Part shown: positions 7,011 through 15,869 of the stretch, in pieces
How positions within the stretch are numbered: the stretch's first letter is position 1
Layout of the letters: each line of letters opens with the position of its first letter
NCBI GenBank assembly: GCA_025929075.1
Contig: JAICMS010000006.1
Location: forward strand, 26,500-50,499
Direction: 5' to 3'
Source: Propionibacteriales bacterium
GTDB taxonomy: Bacteria; Actinomycetota; Actinomycetes; Propionibacteriales; Nocardioidaceae
Length of the DNA: 24,000 bases
Notes under the pieces: generated by a model
Database searches by the model: none
What the model saw: only the letters and a program-made list of their open reading frames with translations
Told to the model about the DNA's origin: nothing
Position numbers and translations under genes: made by a program

Positions 7011-8480
7011 TCAGCCGGTGGCTCCCGGTGGGTTGAGGTAGGCGAGGCACTGGGTGCCGGCACAGGTCTCAAGCCGGTCCAGCAGCCGGGTCAGGCGTTG
7101 TTGTATGTCGGCATAGCGCGGCTCGTTGGCGACGCTGGCGACCTCGTAAGGGTCGTGCCGACGGTCGTAGAGCTCGACGTCGCCGTTGGGCCAGTGCAGC
7201 AGCGTGTAGCGGTCGGTGCGCACGCCGCGGTAGAGCCAACCAGGTGAGGTGTTGTTGAGCGGGCCGGCCTCGAGAGGCAGCACCCGGTTGCGGTCACCGG
7301 CTTGCCGTCCAGTGGCCAGTGGCAGCAGCGACTCGCCATCCTGGCGCAGACCCGGTGTGGTGCCAGTCATGTCGGCGATCGTTGCTGTGAGGTCGACGGT
7401 GCTCACCTGCTGGTGGCGCACGACCCCGGCCGGGATGCCGGGTCCGGCGATGAGCAGCGGGACCCGCACCGACGGCTCGTAGCCGAGGACCTTGAAGCGC
7501 CATCGGTGCTCGCCGAGCTGGATGCCGTTGTCCGACGTGAAGATGATGTAGGTGTTCTTGTACTCACCGGTCCTGTGCAACGTCGCGACGAGGTGGGCGA
7601 TGGCTCGGTCCACCGACTGCAAAGACTCGATCCGAGCGATCCGGTCGGCGTCCTCGAGTGCCATCTTGTGCGGACTGAGGCGGGGGAGCCGTCGCATGAA
7701 GGCACCCTTGTCGCTCATGTCCTTCTCGTTGATCGCCGGGTTCTGCAGTGGGGGTAGCTGGCTGAAGGTCCCACGGTCATCGACCTCCGGCTCCGGCGCG
7801 TGCCAGCAACCGCGCCGCAGGCCGCGCGGCACCCCGCGGGTGGAGCACTCCGCGTGCGGCGCGATGTACGACATCCACAAGAAGAACGGTCGGTCGGACT
7901 GGGCGAACTGGCGGACCATCTGCTGCTCGGACTGGTCGAACAGGTCGGTCTGGTAGATGCCGTGGTAGCTGACCAGATCGCCGTTCTCGTTGGCCAGCAG
8001 GTTGTCGTAGTTGTAGATGTGCTTCACCGAGCCGTTCCAGTCGTCCCAGCCCGGGGGGATTTCAAGGGGGTCGCGGTCGCCGTACTGGTTGAGGTACTTG
8101 CCCATAAACGCCGTCTCGTAGCCGTTCGCATGCAGCCACACCGGCAACGTGTTGGAGCCGTCCAGCCGGTAGTAGCCGCCGCGTGGCCAGGCGTTGCCCT
8201 GGACACCGTTGTTATGGGAGAACTGGCCGGTGAGCAGCTCGGCTCGGGCCGGGCAGCACAGCGGGTACGGCGAGATCATCTGCGCGAATGTGGCGCCGCG
8301 GTCAGCCAGCAACCTCAGCGTGTTCGGCATGTAGGCGAGGTCGTCGAGGCGCATGTCGTCGGTCATCACCACGATGACGTTCGGCCCCTTCGCGGGAAGG
8401 CCCTGTGCCTGCCCGTACGACGACAGGCCGGCCGTGCCGAGGAGGACGGCGAGTACGCCGACGAGGAGGCGGTACCTCAC
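7011..8480 (-). CDS. Secreted formylglycine-dependent sulfatase
   Basis: 489-aa ORF with an N-terminal signal peptide (MRYRLLVGVLAVLLGTAGLSSYGQAQG), a metal-binding VVMTDDMRLDD motif and the sulfatase signature CCPARAELLTG (CxPxR). The GTG start (8480-8478) overlaps the TGA of the upstream 59-aa ORF. Confidence 0.9.
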   Translation of the reverse strand: MRYRLLVGVLAVLLGTAGLSSYGQAQGLPAKGPNVIVVMTDDMRLDDLAYMPNTLRLLADRGATFAQMISPYPLCCPARAELLTGQFSHNNGVQGNAWPRGGYYRLDGSNTLPVWLHANGYETAFMGKYLNQYGDRDPLEIPPGWDDWNGSVKHIYNYDNLLANENGDLVSYHGIYQTDLFDQSEQQMVRQFAQSDRPFFLWMSYIAPHAECSTRGVPRGLRRGCWHAPEPEVDDRGTFSQLPPLQNPAINEKDMSDKGAFMRRLPRLSPHKMALEDADRIARIESLQSVDRAIAHLVATLHRTGEYKNTYIIFTSDNGIQLGEHRWRFKVLGYEPSVRVPLLIAGPGIPAGVVRHQQVSTVDLTATIADMTGTTPGLRQDGESLLPLATGRQAGDRNRVLPLEAGPLNNTSPGWLYRGVRTDRYTLLHWPNGDVELYDRRHDPYEVASVANEPRYADIQQRLTRLLDRLETCAGTQCLAYLNPPGATG

Positions 8481-8656
8481 TCGTCCGCGTCGTCGTCCAG
8501 GCGCGCCAACCAGGTGGCGAGTCGCTCGATCGGGGTCTCGAACTCCGGGTTGAGGTCGACGAACTCCTGCAGCCGGTCGGCCACCCAGGAGAGCGCCACC
8601 TCCTCTTGACCCCTTCGATCAACGAGCTCCTCGATGCCCCTGTCGGTGAAGTACAT
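8477..8656 (-). CDS. 59-aa acidic small protein (resembles actinobacterial DUF6104 family found downstream of kgd/sucA)
   Basis: Hand translation: MYFTDRGIEELVDRRGQEEVALSWVADRLQEFVDLNPEFETPIERLATWLARLDDDADE. The ATG (8656) directly abuts the kgd TAG (TAGATG). The TGA overlaps the sulfatase GTG (GTGA). One codon below the ORF-track cut-off. The family name is from memory and unverified. Confidence 0.65.
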   Translation of the reverse strand: MYFTDRGIEELVDRRGQEEVALSWVADRLQEFVDLNPEFETPIERLATWLARLDDDADE

Positions 8657-11600
8657 CTAGGCCACTGACTCCTCGAAGGCCCGTCGAAGGATCTGCGCCG
8701 ACTCCTCCTGGTGAACTGATACCTGTCCGACCGACGGCGCGGCCGACTCCTCGCGAGACACGCGGACCAGTCGGACGTCGTCGAGCTCCTCGGGCAGGTG
8801 CAGCTTCATGTGCGGCCAGGCGCCCATGTTGGCCGGCTCGTCCTGGACCCAGCGGACCTCTCGGAGGTTGGGGTACTTGGCGAGCTCGGCTCGCAGCTCC
8901 TGGACCGGCCGCGGGTACAACCGCTCGACCCGCACGATCGGCGTGGTCACCTCGTCGCCCTCGCGACGTTTGCGTTCGGCGATGAGGTCCCAGCAGATGC
9001 GACCGCTGCACACCAGCAGCCGCTCAACGGAACCCGGGTCCGCGACGGCACCATCGGCCAACAGCGGCCGGAAGCCGCCGCTGGTGAAGTCGCCCGGCTG
9101 GGAGGCGGCGTCCCGACGGCGCAGCATCGACTTCGGCGTGAAGACGATCATCGGGTGATGGGTGCTGCGGAGTGCGTGCTGGCGGAGGAGGTGGAAGTAG
9201 CTGGCCGGCGTCGATGGCTGAGCGACGGTGAACGCGTCACCGGCGGCCAGAGTGAGGAACCGCTCGATCCTCGCCGAGGAGTGGTCCGGGCCCTGGCCCT
9301 CGTAGCCGTGCGGCAGCAGCAGGACGACGCCCGACTGCTGTTGCCACTTCGCCTGTCCGGCAGCGATGAACTCGTCGATGACGGTCTGCGCGCCGTTGGC
9401 GAAGTCCCCGAACTGCGCCTCCCACAGCGTCAGCGCCTCCGGTCGGGCGACCGAGTAGCCGTATTCGAAGCCCATCGCGGCGTACTCCGACAGCAGCGAG
9501 TCGTAGATGTAGAACTGCGCCTGGTCGGCCGACAGGTTCTGCAGCGGCGTCCACTCCTCGCCGGTCAGCCGGTCGATGATCGTGGCGAACCGGGTGACGA
9601 AGGTGCCTCGGCGCGAGTCCTGACCGGACAGTCGCACCGGACGTCCCTGCATCAGCAACGACCCGAAGGCGATCAGCTCCCCGGTACTCCAGTCGATCGG
9701 TCCGTCGGTGATCGCGGCCGCCCGGCGTTGCAGCTGGGGCAGCACCTTGGGGTGCACGGTGAAGCCGTCCGGCAGCGTGACGTAGGCGTCGGAGATCCGC
9801 TTCAGCACGTCCGGCGTGGTGGCCGTCTCCACGCCGTCGGCCAGGGCCGGCTTGACCGGGTAGTCGGGTGCGGTGGTGTAGCGGCCCTCAGCCTGCGAGG
9901 TCGCGTTGCGCACTTCCTCGAAGACGTGCTCGAGCTGCTGCTGGTAGTCCTTCAGCGCACCCTCGGCCTCCTCGATCGTAATGTCACCACGGCCGATGAG
10001 CGCCTCGGTATAGAGCTTGCGCACCGACCGCTTGCGTTCGATGAGGTCGTACATGAGCGGCTGGGTGTACGACGGATCGTCGCCCTCGTTGTGGCCGCGA
10101 CGCCGGTAGCAGACAAGGTCGATCACCACGTCCTTGTTGAACGCCTGGCGGTACTCGAACGCCAACCGCGCGACCCGGATGCAGGCTTCCGGGTCGTCGC
10201 CGTTGACGTGGAAGATCGGTGCCTGCACCATCCGGGCAACGTCGGTGCTGTACAGCGACGACCGCGACGACGACGGCGAGGTGGTGAAGCCCACCTGGTT
10301 GTTGACGACGAGATGGATCGTGCCGCCGGTCCGGTAGCCGCGCAGCTGCGACAGGTTCAGCGTCTCCGCGACCACTCCTTGGCCGGCAAAAGCCGCATCG
10401 CCGTGGACGAGCAGCGGCAGCACCGGGAACTCGGCACCGCGGTTGAGCAGGTCCTGCTTGGCGCGCACGATGCCCTCGAGGACGGGATCGACAGCCTCCA
10501 GGTGCGAGGGGTTGGCGGCGACGGAGACCTTGATCATGGCGCCGCTGCCGGCGACGAACTCCCCCTCGGCGCCGAGGTGGTACTTCACATCACCGGAGCC
10601 CTGGACGGTCCGCGGGTCGATGTTGCCCTCGAACTCCCGGAAGATCTGCGTGTACCGCTTGCCGACGATGTTGGCGAGCACGTTGAGCCGTCCGCGATGG
10701 GCCATTCCGATGACCACCTCGTCGAGATCGTGGTCGGCGGCCTCCTCGCAGATCTCGTCGATCAGCGGAATCGTCGTCTCACCACCCTCGAGGCTGAACC
10801 GCTTCTGGCCGACGAACTTCGTCTGCAAAAAGGTCTCGAACGCCTCGGCCTGGTTGAGCTTGTGCAGAATGCGCAGCTGCTCTTCGCGGGGGAGCCTCTC
10901 GTGCGGTCGCTCGACCCGCACCTGGATCCATTGGCGTTGGTCGGGGTCCTGGATGTGCATGTACTCGATGCCGACGGTCCGGCAGTAGGAGTCGCGGAGG
11001 ATCCCGAGGATGTGCCGCAACTTCATGAACCGCCGGTTGCCGAACGACCCGGTCGCGAACTCCCGCTCGAGATCCCACAGCGTCAGTCCGTGGCTGGCGA
11101 CGTCGAGGTCGGGGTGGCTGCGCTGCTGGTACTCCAGCGGGTCGGTGTCGGCCATGATGTGGCCGCGCACCCGATAGGCGTGGATCATCTCCAGCACCCG
11201 GGCCTGCTTGCTGACTTCGTCCTCATGCGTCGTCGAGATGTCCGGCGCCCAGCGGATCGGCTCGTAGGGGATACGCAGGGCACGGAAGATGTCGTCGTAG
11301 AAGCGGTCCTCGCCGAGCAGCAGCTGGTGCAGGCGCCGCAGGAACTCCCCAGACTGCGCGCCCTGGATGATCCGGTGGTCGTACGTCGACGTCAGCGTCA
11401 TCACTTTGCCGACGGCGTTGCGCGCCAGCGTCTCCTCCGAGGCGCCCTCCCACTCCGGCGGGTATTCCATCGCGCCAACGCCGATGATGCAGCCCTGCCC
11501 GGCCATCAGCCGTGGGACCGAGTGGTTGGTCCCGATCGTCCCGGGGTTGGTCAGGCTGATGGTGGTTCCCTGGAAGTCCTCGACGGTCAGCTTGCCGTCA

Positions 11601-12514
11601 CGACTCCTGGTGACGAGGTCCTCGTAGGCAGCCCAGAACTCGGCGAACTCCAGCGTCTCCGCACGTTTGATGGAGGGAACCAGCAGTTGCCGCCCGCCGC
11701 CGGGGCGGCGGACGTCGATGGCCAGTCCGAGGTTGACGTGCTCGGGCTTCGTCAGCGTCGGCTTGCCGTCGACGACCTCGAAGCCGTAGTTCATCTCCGG
11801 CATCGCCCGCAGCGCCTGGACCAGGGCATAGCCGATCAGGTGTGTGAACGACACCTTGCCACCCCGGGCACGAACGAGGTGGTTGTTGATGACGATGCGG
11901 TTGTCGATCAGCAGTTTGACCGGCACGGTACGCACACTGGTCGCGGTCGGCACCGACAAGCTGCTGTCCATGTTGGCCACCGTGCGTGCGGCGGCGCCGC
12001 GCAACACCACCTGCTCCTGTCCGCGCGCTGTCTTTGCGGTCTCGTCGTCCGACTTGTCTTCGGAAGACCGCGGGGAGCCGTTGGCGCTCTTGCCCTTCGC
12101 CGCGTCGACCGCGATCTGTGAGGCGACCGGCTCCTTCGGGATCGGTGGGGTCGGCGGTCGGCTGCTGGGCGGTGCCGGACGCGGGCTCCCCGGTTCGCTC
12201 GTCGTGCGGGCCGGGGCGGCAGTCGTGACCGGGGGGAGGGCATTGGCAGCGGCGGAGCCGACCAATGCGGCAGGAGAGGCGGCCGGGGCCGAGGCCCGCG
12301 GCTCGACGGCGGGCCCGGGCGCGGCTGGGGGCGTCGAACTCGATGCCCGTGTCGACGGCTTGCCGTTCCCAGAACTGGCGCGCTCCTCGAACAGCTCGCG
12401 CCACTCGGCGTCGACGGATCCGGGGTCGGCGAGGTACTTGCCGTACATCTCGTCGACCAGCCACTCGTTGGGGCCGAAGTCTGTGGTCTGCAGGTCGCGC
12501 GGGGTCTGGGACAC
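8657..12514 (-). CDS. kgd: Multifunctional 2-oxoglutarate decarboxylase/dehydrogenase E1o fused to an E2-like acyltransferase domain (Kgd/OdhA type)
   Basis: Has the N-terminal [12 protein letters not shown] motif, a Pro/Ala-rich linker, an E2 catalytic core ([19 protein letters not shown]) and E1o ThDP domains ([16 protein letters not shown]). The start is ambiguous. GTG 12514 gives an N-terminus of the length seen in homologues, with alternatives at ATG 12541 and TTG 12568 (the track start). Confidence 0.93.
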   Translation of the reverse strand: MSQTPRDLQTTDFGPNEWLVDEMYGKYLADPGSVDAEWRELFEERASSGNGKPSTRASSSTPPAAPGPAVEPRASAPAASPAALVGSAAANALPPVTTAAPARTTSEPGSPRPAPPSSRPPTPPIPKEPVASQIAVDAAKGKSANGSPRSSEDKSDDETAKTARGQEQVVLRGAAARTVANMDSSLSVPTATSVRTVPVKLLIDNRIVINNHLVRARGGKVSFTHLIGYALVQALRAMPEMNYGFEVVDGKPTLTKPEHVNLGLAIDVRRPGGGRQLLVPSIKRAETLEFAEFWAAYEDLVTRSRDGKLTVEDFQGTTISLTNPGTIGTNHSVPRLMAGQGCIIGVGAMEYPPEWEGASEETLARNAVGKVMTLTSTYDHRIIQGAQSGEFLRRLHQLLLGEDRFYDDIFRALRIPYEPIRWAPDISTTHEDEVSKQARVLEMIHAYRVRGHIMADTDPLEYQQRSHPDLDVASHGLTLWDLEREFATGSFGNRRFMKLRHILGILRDSYCRTVGIEYMHIQDPDQRQWIQVRVERPHERLPREEQLRILHKLNQAEAFETFLQTKFVGQKRFSLEGGETTIPLIDEICEEAADHDLDEVVIGMAHRGRLNVLANIVGKRYTQIFREFEGNIDPRTVQGSGDVKYHLGAEGEFVAGSGAMIKVSVAANPSHLEAVDPVLEGIVRAKQDLLNRGAEFPVLPLLVHGDAAFAGQGVVAETLNLSQLRGYRTGGTIHLVVNNQVGFTTSPSSSRSSLYSTDVARMVQAPIFHVNGDDPEACIRVARLAFEYRQAFNKDVVIDLVCYRRRGHNEGDDPSYTQPLMYDLIERKRSVRKLYTEALIGRGDITIEEAEGALKDYQQQLEHVFEEVRNATSQAEGRYTTAPDYPVKPALADGVETATTPDVLKRISDAYVTLPDGFTVHPKVLPQLQRRAAAITDGPIDWSTGELIAFGSLLMQGRPVRLSGQDSRRGTFVTRFATIIDRLTGEEWTPLQNLSADQAQFYIYDSLLSEYAAMGFEYGYSVARPEALTLWEAQFGDFANGAQTVIDEFIAAGQAKWQQQSGVVLLLPHGYEGQGPDHSSARIERFLTLAAGDAFTVAQPSTPASYFHLLRQHALRSTHHPMIVFTPKSMLRRRDAASQPGDFTSGGFRPLLADGAVADPGSVERLLVCSGRICWDLIAERKRREGDEVTTPIVRVERLYPRPVQELRAELAKYPNLREVRWVQDEPANMGAWPHMKLHLPEELDDVRLVRVSREESAAPSVGQVSVHQEESAQILRRAFEESVA

Positions 12515-12665
12515 GGGGTGGGGCTCGCCTCTTCGAAGCATTCGACGGGGTTCGATGGACAGGGTCAAGGCTACTGCTGACCGGCTCCGTCGTCGCCGTA
12601 CACGGTCTGCCTGGAAGAGCCGGTGCGTCCCATCGTGCGGTTCCGCGCAACCTCCGGTGACCAGA

Positions 12666-12699
12666 CTGCGGGGGCCACCTGATTCGGTGACCCCCGCAG
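12666..12699 (-). terminator. GC-rich hairpin, probable intrinsic terminator of the secreted-protein gene / insulator before kgd
   Basis: CTGCGGGGG (12666-12674) pairs with CCCCCGCAG (12691-12699), and an inner CACC/GGTG extension gives about 13 bp. It sits 56 nt downstream of the stop at 12755. There is no U-tract, which is common in actinobacteria. Confidence 0.55.
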
Positions 12700-12754
12700 G
12701 GCAGTGGTGCAGCCGCGGACCGTCCGCCCATGCGTACGGCGAGCGCGAGCGGTG

Positions 12755-14005
12755 CTACAAGCCGGAAGGCGAGATGCCCACCTTCGCCCGGCCGAGGTTG
12801 ATCGTGGCGCCGGAGCCGTCGAGCAGCGTGACCTGGAGCGCGATCACCTCGATACTGTGCTTGGTGCGGGTCACGACCCGCGGCAGCAGCGAGGCGACAC
12901 CGGAGATCACCAAGGCGCCCTTCGACGGGAAGCTGAGCTGCTGCCCGTTGTAGACGACGGTGGCGAGGGTGGTGCCGTGAATGTTCTTCTTTACCGTGCC
13001 GCCGGTCGTGTAGGAGGCGTTCGCCTGGCCGGTGATGCCGGTGATCATCAGGTCGCCGCCTGCCAGTGAGACCGAAGCGACCTCACCCTTCTCCCAGGCG
13101 CTCGCCGACGTGGCGTCTTGCTGCGCGCTCTGGCTCGCCGACAGGCCGTCAACCTCGCCGAGTCCGGGCAGGCTCACCGAGGCGATGTCGCGCTCCTTGG
13201 TGATGCCCCCGGTTCCTTGGCAGGGCATCACGCGGTTTGGTGTCTTGCCGACCTTGACGACCCCACCAGCCAACTGCAGCTGGGTGCCGTAGGAACCGCC
13301 CTCGAAGACCGCCGACTGGACGCCGTCGTGGATCGCGGACTGCGCGTGCGCGAGCACAAGCCTGCTGCCGGTCGGGATCACGTCGACGGTCACGGCGTTG
13401 ATAGCAGCGTCGGCGAAGTGCTGGCCTCGGTGGTGGACGCCCGCACCGAGCGTCACCACCGCGACACCGGGAACGGTGACGCTCTGGCCAGGCGCCGGCA
13501 CGGGGAAGCTCGTCGGGATGCCGGCCACGGTCAGCGTGATCGACCCGAGGGCTGCCGTCGCGGTGGAGTGGAAGTTGCCGCCGCCGTACGACGACCGCGT
13601 GCTCGCCGAGATGCCGTCGAGCGACAGGCTGCCCAGTCCGAAGTCGAGGAGCGTCACGTCGGCAATCGTGTCGGTGCTGTGTGACGCGACCACGCCGTGC
13701 GCGTCGGTAGTCCACGTGTGGGTGTCAGCGGCGGAGATCGTGCCGAGATCTTCCAGGTTGATGGTTGCTTGGCTGTTGTCCTTGTTGATGCCTGCCATGT
13801 TGGTGCAGCCGATCACCGAGAAGCCGGTGGCGCCGGACCCGGCAGGCAGGCCGCCACCGTGCACCCTGCTGGCGTAGCCGGACGCTGTCAGGCCGAAGCC
13901 GGTCGGACTGTTCGTGGGTGATGTCGCTTGGGCTGGCTGGGTCGCCACGAGCAGCCCAGCAGTTGTTGCGGCGACGGCCAAAGCCGTCGTGAGAAGCCGT
14001 TTCAT
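12755..14005 (-). CDS. Secreted protein of unknown function with two-fold internal duplication
   Basis: ATG 14005 is preceded by GGAGGGGGGAAG and followed by a Sec signal peptide (MKRLLTTALAVAATTAGLLVATQPAQA|TS). The mature part is Gly/Ser/Thr/Val-rich (beta-rich). The upstream 97 codons of track ORF 12755..14296 overlap the riboswitch and promoter region and are not coding-like. Confidence 0.75.
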   Translation of the reverse strand: MKRLLTTALAVAATTAGLLVATQPAQATSPTNSPTGFGLTASGYASRVHGGGLPAGSGATGFSVIGCTNMAGINKDNSQATINLEDLGTISAADTHTWTTDAHGVVASHSTDTIADVTLLDFGLGSLSLDGISASTRSSYGGGNFHSTATAALGSITLTVAGIPTSFPVPAPGQSVTVPGVAVVTLGAGVHHRGQHFADAAINAVTVDVIPTGSRLVLAHAQSAIHDGVQSAVFEGGSYGTQLQLAGGVVKVGKTPNRVMPCQGTGGITKERDIASVSLPGLGEVDGLSASQSAQQDATSASAWEKGEVASVSLAGGDLMITGITGQANASYTTGGTVKKNIHGTTLATVVYNGQQLSFPSKGALVISGVASLLPRVVTRTKHSIEVIALQVTLLDGSGATINLGRAKVGISPSGL

Positions 14006-14210
14006 CGTCGGACTTCCCCCCTCCGTGGGATCGGTGCGTCGACGACGGGGTCGATAGTCAACGCCTGGTAACGATGCGCCTCCGATACCCCTTTTGCCGT
14101 AAATGTACGCGGTGCGAGGTTCACAAAAAACACGTCCGACCGTCCGATGGCGTTGGCGCCCCGGTCGAGGTAGCGCGGACGGTCGCTCGTCGTATGCGTT
14201 AGCCTGACCG

Positions 14211-14260
14211 CTGGCGATGGGACTCGCCCACAACCGCCCCTCCTGGCTGATGGTCCCTGG
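14211..14260 (+). promoter_or_regulatory. Fluoride riboswitch (crcB RNA motif)
   Basis: CUGGCGAUGGGACUCGCCCACAACCGCCCCUCCUGGCUGAUGGUCCCUGG aligns almost position for position with the Thermotoga petrophila fluoride riboswitch as I recall it (GGCGAUGAGGCCCGCCCAAACUGCCC...GGGCUGAUGGCCUCU). P1 is GGCG/CGCC, and the pseudoknot pairs GGGAC (14219-14223) with GUCCC (14253-14257). It is followed by crcB genes. A TAnnnT -10 candidate, TAGCCT, lies at 14200-14205. Confidence 0.85.
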
Positions 14261-14282
14261 TCGAGACCAAGCTGGAGTCTGG

Positions 14283-14831
14283 ATGCCCCTCGCCACGGCG
14301 CTTCGCCTGCTCGTCGTTCACCTACCCGTCGATCCCGACCTCGACGACCGGGTAACCCGGCCGCTCGACCGCCGAGTGGTCGTCGCCCTCATCGCGATCG
14401 GTGGTTCGGCAGGGTCTCTTTGTCGTGGGCTGGTGCAGTCGTCGATCGGCGGGCCGGTTACGTCGGGTGCCGAATGGCCCTGGGACACGCTGTCGGTCAA
14501 CCTGGTGGGCTCACTGCTGTTGGGATACCTGCTTGCGTGGCTTCATGAGGTCAGGCCGACAGCCCGGGTCCCGCGCCCGCTGCTGGGGACCGGCTTCTGT
14601 GGCGGCTTCACGACGTTCTCGACCTTCGCAGTGGAGGTGACGGTCGCGGGCCGATCACAGCACGTGGCGGTGGCCGTGCCCTATCTCGTCGCCTCAGTGC
14701 TGGGATCTGTTCTGGCCGCCGCCGTCGGGGTGCTTTTTGCAAGGGTCGTGGCTCGCGCCGGGAACCGCGAGCGCTGGCTGCGTCGCGTGCGCCATGCCGC
14801 CCGTGCGGGCAAAGGCGGTGACGACTCGTGA
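14283..14831 (+). CDS. crcB: Fluoride ion channel subunit CrcB/Fluc (paralogue 1, with N- and C-terminal extensions)
   Basis: Has the GFCGGFTTFSTF signature and four hydrophobic segments. I chose ATG 14283 (GGAG 5 nt upstream, 22 nt after the riboswitch). The track start ATG 14217 lies inside riboswitch stem P1 and is rejected. A later GTG start before VVVALIAIGG is possible. Confidence 0.85.
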   Translation: MPLATALRLLVVHLPVDPDLDDRVTRPLDRRVVVALIAIGGSAGSLCRGLVQSSIGGPVTSGAEWPWDTLSVNLVGSLLLGYLLAWLHEVRPTARVPRPLLGTGFCGGFTTFSTFAVEVTVAGRSQHVAVAVPYLVASVLGSVLAAAVGVLFARVVARAGNRERWLRRVRHAARAGKGGDDS

Positions 14832-15181
14832 CCTGGCTCTTGATTGCGGTCGGCGGGCTGGTTGGTGCGCCAAGCCGCTATCTGCTCGACACAGCTGTCT
14901 CGTCGCAGCTGCACCGGTCGGCCGTCCCGTGGGGGACGATGCTGGTCAACATCTGCGGCAGCTTTGTGCTTGGCGTCCTCGCCGGCGCCACCGTCGCCGA
15001 TGGTCGGGTCTTCGCGGTGGTGGGGACAGGCTTCTGCGGGGCTTTCACCACCTTCTCGACGTTCGCTTGGGAGGCTTTCGCCCTTGCCGAGGACGGACGG
15101 CCTCGAGCGGCTCTCGTCACCGTGGCGCTCGGGCTGGTGCTCGGTCTCGCTGCGGCGGCCGCCGGCTACGCGTTGGCCTGA
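14828..15181 (+). CDS. crcB: Fluoride ion channel subunit CrcB/Fluc (paralogue 2)
   Basis: 117 aa with MTWLLIAVGGLVGAPSRYLL, GFCGAFTTFSTF and four TM segments. The GTG start overlaps the TGA of paralogue 1 (GTGA), consistent with a heterodimeric channel pair. Confidence 0.9.
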   Translation: MTWLLIAVGGLVGAPSRYLLDTAVSSQLHRSAVPWGTMLVNICGSFVLGVLAGATVADGRVFAVVGTGFCGAFTTFSTFAWEAFALAEDGRPRAALVTVALGLVLGLAAAAAGYALA

Positions 15182-15214
15182 GCCGGCCACCAACGAGGAC
15201 AAGCCCCGCAAGCA

Positions 15215-15243
15215 GACACCGCCACTGCCGGAGCGGCGGTGTC
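15215..15243. terminator. GC-rich hairpin after crcB pair (possible bidirectional terminator)
   Basis: GACACCGCC (15215-15223) and GGCGGTGTC (15235-15243) form a 9-bp stem with an 11-nt loop, 34 nt after the crcB2 stop. No U-tract. Confidence 0.45.
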
Positions 15244-15310
15244 CGGATCGACTCGTCACGGCCGGGTCGGCTCCTTCCTGCCTACCAGCCTGCCGACTAC
15301 GGGTGTGCCG

Positions 15311-15490
15311 CTACGGGGTGTACACCCGGTCGGTGAAGGTGTAGTTGTACGCCGTCCCGCCGCCAGCGGTGTAGGCGGCCACTGTGCAGGTGGTCCGGCT
15401 CGAGCAGGTGATGGTGGTCGGTGAGTCGATGGGCGTGAAGGCGCGCCTGAGAAGCCCATTGTTCGGCGGCCACCGGGTAGCCCGGATGGC
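15311..15490 (-). pseudogene. Start-less coding-like fragment (possible C-terminal gene remnant), Thr/Cys-rich
   Basis: A 59-codon stop-to-stop frame (TAA 15493-15491 to TAG 15313-15311) reads ...FTPIDSPTTITCSSRTTCTVAAYTAGGGTAYNYTFTDRVYTP. About 90% of codons end in G/C over the last 42 codons, versus about 68% in the overlapping track ORF 15297..15500. The only ATG/GTG/TTG start in the frame is a GTG 23 codons from the end. Confidence 0.25.
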
Positions 15491-15689
15491 TTAGCGCCAC
15501 ATCCTCATCAGGCGCTGTTGTCCATGTGGATCACTGGGGTCGCCGCTGCTGGGGACGAACCGCCGTTCCCGCCGCCATCGCTCGCTGGCTTCCTCACCTC
15601 GAGGACAACCTGAGACCCGTTAGTGGCGTGCGTCGCCGGGTATGGCCTCAGAGAACCCCCGCACGAGGCTGCTGTGCTAGGAGATCCGC

Positions 15690-15869
15690 ATGCCCGATGT
15701 CGACCATTGCATCCTTGACCGCCTCCAGGAGTGGGGGATTGAACGCATTGACGTGATCGCCGTCGACGGACAGCAGAAGCGCCACCCCGTCGGCGCTCAC
15801 TCCCAGCAGAGGATCGACCTGCAGTCGTTCGCCGAGCTCAAGGAACACCTGCCCGGAGCCGGTGAGTGA
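15690..15869 (+). CDS. 59-aa hypothetical protein, translationally coupled to the enolase-superfamily gene
   Basis: Hand translation: MPDVDHCILDRLQEWGIERIDVIAVDGQQKRHPVGAHSQQRIDLQSFAELKEHLPGAGE. AGGAG (15679-15683) lies 6 nt upstream of the ATG. The TGA (15867-15869) overlaps the GTG (15866) of the next gene as GTGA. It competes with antisense track ORF 15648..15848, which has no SD and lower GC3. Confidence 0.45.
   Translation: MPDVDHCILDRLQEWGIERIDVIAVDGQQKRHPVGAHSQQRIDLQSFAELKEHLPGAGE

Noticed and set aside
8798-12121. 1107-aa + strand ORF, the second longest in the track
   Set aside because: It is exactly antisense to kgd and its translation is low-complexity Arg/Gly/Val/Asp-rich with no recognisable motif. 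It is a classic high-GC shadow ORF, and kgd on the minus strand has unmistakable E1o/E2 motifs.
11598-12953. ORFs 11598..12731 (-) and 11844..12953 (+) around the kgd 5' end
   Set aside because: They are alternative-frame or antisense readings of the kgd Pro/Ala linker and the upstream hairpin region. They have low-complexity Arg/Pro composition and cross a strong terminator-like hairpin.
14217-14282. ATG 14217 as start of the first crcB gene (track ORF 14217..14831)
   Set aside because: The ATG is inside stem P1 and the loop of the fluoride riboswitch. The downstream ATG 14283 has a properly spaced GGAG.
14006-14296. N-terminal 97-codon extension of track ORF 12755..14296
   Set aside because: It would run through the AT-richer promoter region and antisense across the riboswitch. 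The internal ATG 14005 has a strong SD and yields a canonical signal peptide.
15648-15848. 66-aa minus-strand ORF upstream of the enolase-family gene
   Set aside because: It has lower third-position GC (about 70%) than the overlapping + strand 59-aa ORF and no SD. The + strand ORF has AGGAG and a GTGA junction. This is not fully excluded.
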